64,000 nt of DNA from positions 11,455,651 to 11,519,650 of the forward strand of contig NC_068985.1 of the NCBI RefSeq assembly GCF_001194135.2. Direction: 5' to 3'. The notes under the pieces were generated by a model that worked only from the letters and a program-made list of their open reading frames with translations, was not told the origin of the DNA and searched no databases. The stretch's first letter is position 1; every line of letters starts with the position of its first letter. This stretch comes from Octopus bimaculoides (lineage: Eukaryota). Of this stretch, positions 62,482-64,000 are shown piece by piece. The position numbers and the translations under genes are program-made.

Positions 62482-62775
62482 CCCACGGGCATATAGTGTA
62501 GTGGTTAAGAGCGCGGGCAACTAACCCCAAGATTCCGAGTTGGATTCCAAGCAGTGACCTGAACAGCAACAACAACAACAACAATAATAATAACATTGGA
62601 AATATCTTAGGAATCAGAAACCAGGTTCGAAATTTCCCTAAGACACCTGATGAAGGCTGGAGGGTATATCATCTGAAATGTTGTGTTAACAGCAAACAAG
62701 ATGAGGACAAATATCCGTCGAATGTAGATAATGTAAATAATGTACATAATTCCTCATCTCTTTAATATAGAACTG
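62482..62775 (+). mobile_element. Family S4: tRNA-headed SINE containing a hammerhead motif
   Basis: A-box TAGTGTAGTGG (62494-62504), B-box-like GAGTTGGATTCC, (AAC/AAT)n linker, hammerhead motif at 62642-62687, 9-bp hairpin 62699-62707/62751-62759, and defined end ATATAGAACTG shared with 37457. Confidence 0.75.
62642..62687 (+). ncRNA. Minimal type-I hammerhead-like motif, canonical CUGAUGA core
   Basis: GACAC-CTGATGA-A-GGCTG-gagggtatat-CATCT-GAAA-TG-TT-GTGTT. Stem I pairs 5/5 and stem II pairs 4/5; the deviations fit CpG decay of CAGCCGAAACG. Confidence 0.65.
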
Positions 62776-64000
62776 AAGAAACTAATTGTTTGATACTTGA
62801 GTTGAAGCTCTCTATTCTCCAGTCCCCTCGAAATTACTAGGCTTGTGCTTAAATCAGAAACGGCTATATTTTTTCATGTTATTCATGTCGGAATTAGCCA
62901 TGATTCCAGCACACTTATGATCACAGGCGTTCCAGAATTGACCAACCATTCAACAACTTTGCATATGATAAACTACATATGTCCTTTTCTTTCATTACAA
63001 GGGCGGCGTAATGTTTTGTAAGATATTTTCCTGCCATATTGTGGCAGATCAAACGAATCGAAAGTGTAGAGTCTGCTCTAGTCAATTATTTAATTATTTC
63101 GTTCTTTGATTCTTAGATGAGATGTTCTGTTTATGAGTCTATTCAATTTTTCTCAACTTAGTAAACGACAATTTTGTTTGATCTTTGACTGATCTCATAA
63201 TGGTGCATGTAATTGTGTTTTATTTTTTCCATTATCGATCACTGAAGTATTTGATAATTTGATTAGTTAACTAGTAACTTTTATTCTCGTTGAAGTAATT
63301 GCAGTTACAACTACTCCCGTTGATGTGGTTATTATAGTTTAATAGTGCCAATTAGCTATTATTGACGAAATATTCCGTCAAACATTTGCGAATAAGTCAA
63401 ACAGCAAATACTTTCCATATTCATTTTACGTTTGTCCTCTCTCGGCTTCATTTACTGGACAATGATCAGTCTGAGGCACTGCTTTCAAGTGATTTTTATT
63501 GATATTGCCGCAGCCAATATTTTTTATCAACACATACACAATATTCTTCGTAACGTACGAAATGGAAAGTTGACAATGTCGGAAGGGGAGATTATTCAAA
63601 TGGATATGAAATGAATGATGTTGGTATTATTCGAATGTCATCATTTTCGTGTCGGAATAATAAATAAACCTTCACATAAAGTCTCTCACTAGCAAACGAG
63701 CCGTGACAGTATTTTCAATATAAACACAGAAATTCTCAGATTTATTTTTAACCTTTTCTGCTTATTGTGCTGTCTGTCTCTCTTTCTCATTGTCTTTTTG
63801 TCTCTCTCTACCTCTTCCTTTCTCTCTCTATATATAATATTAGGATGTAATTTGGTGTGGGTCTGTCTATTCATCCATCTATCTATCTCTGTCTGTCTGT
63901 CTGTCTCTCCCTCTCTCTTTCTCTATCTATCTATTTGTCTATCTGGATGTGTATGTGTGTCTTTATGTCTGCTCTTGATACTCCACCACTGATTGACAAA

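Overview
AT-rich, microsatellite-saturated animal DNA from a short-read draft assembly, with 13 N-gaps, most of them flanked by (TA)n or other simple repeats. The repeat families look like those of an octopus genome; this is an inference and no search was run. There is no intact long ORF, and nearly all ORF-track entries are microsatellite or N-gap artefacts. The window is dominated by three tRNA-headed SINE families, labelled S1, S2 and S3 here as working names. It also holds TA-flanked Tc1/mariner- and pogo-type MITEs, a Helentron-type non-autonomous element carrying a Gypsy integrase fragment, and decayed LINE ends (RTE with three C2H2 fingers, CR1-like, L1/Tx1-like, and an ORF1 zinc knuckle). 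A low-confidence, phase-compatible six-exon chain at about 17.9-24.8 kb (+) could encode an unidentified glycoprotein. The most striking signal is nine minimal type-I hammerhead-ribozyme-like motifs in short repeats of four to five different sequence types. Their stems differ in sequence but still pair, their stem III is mostly tiny and palindromic (dimer-type), and several carry non-canonical cores. One sits inside a tRNA-headed SINE (62482-62775), a candidate Pol III SINE/Penelope-like ribozyme chimera. Activity is untested.
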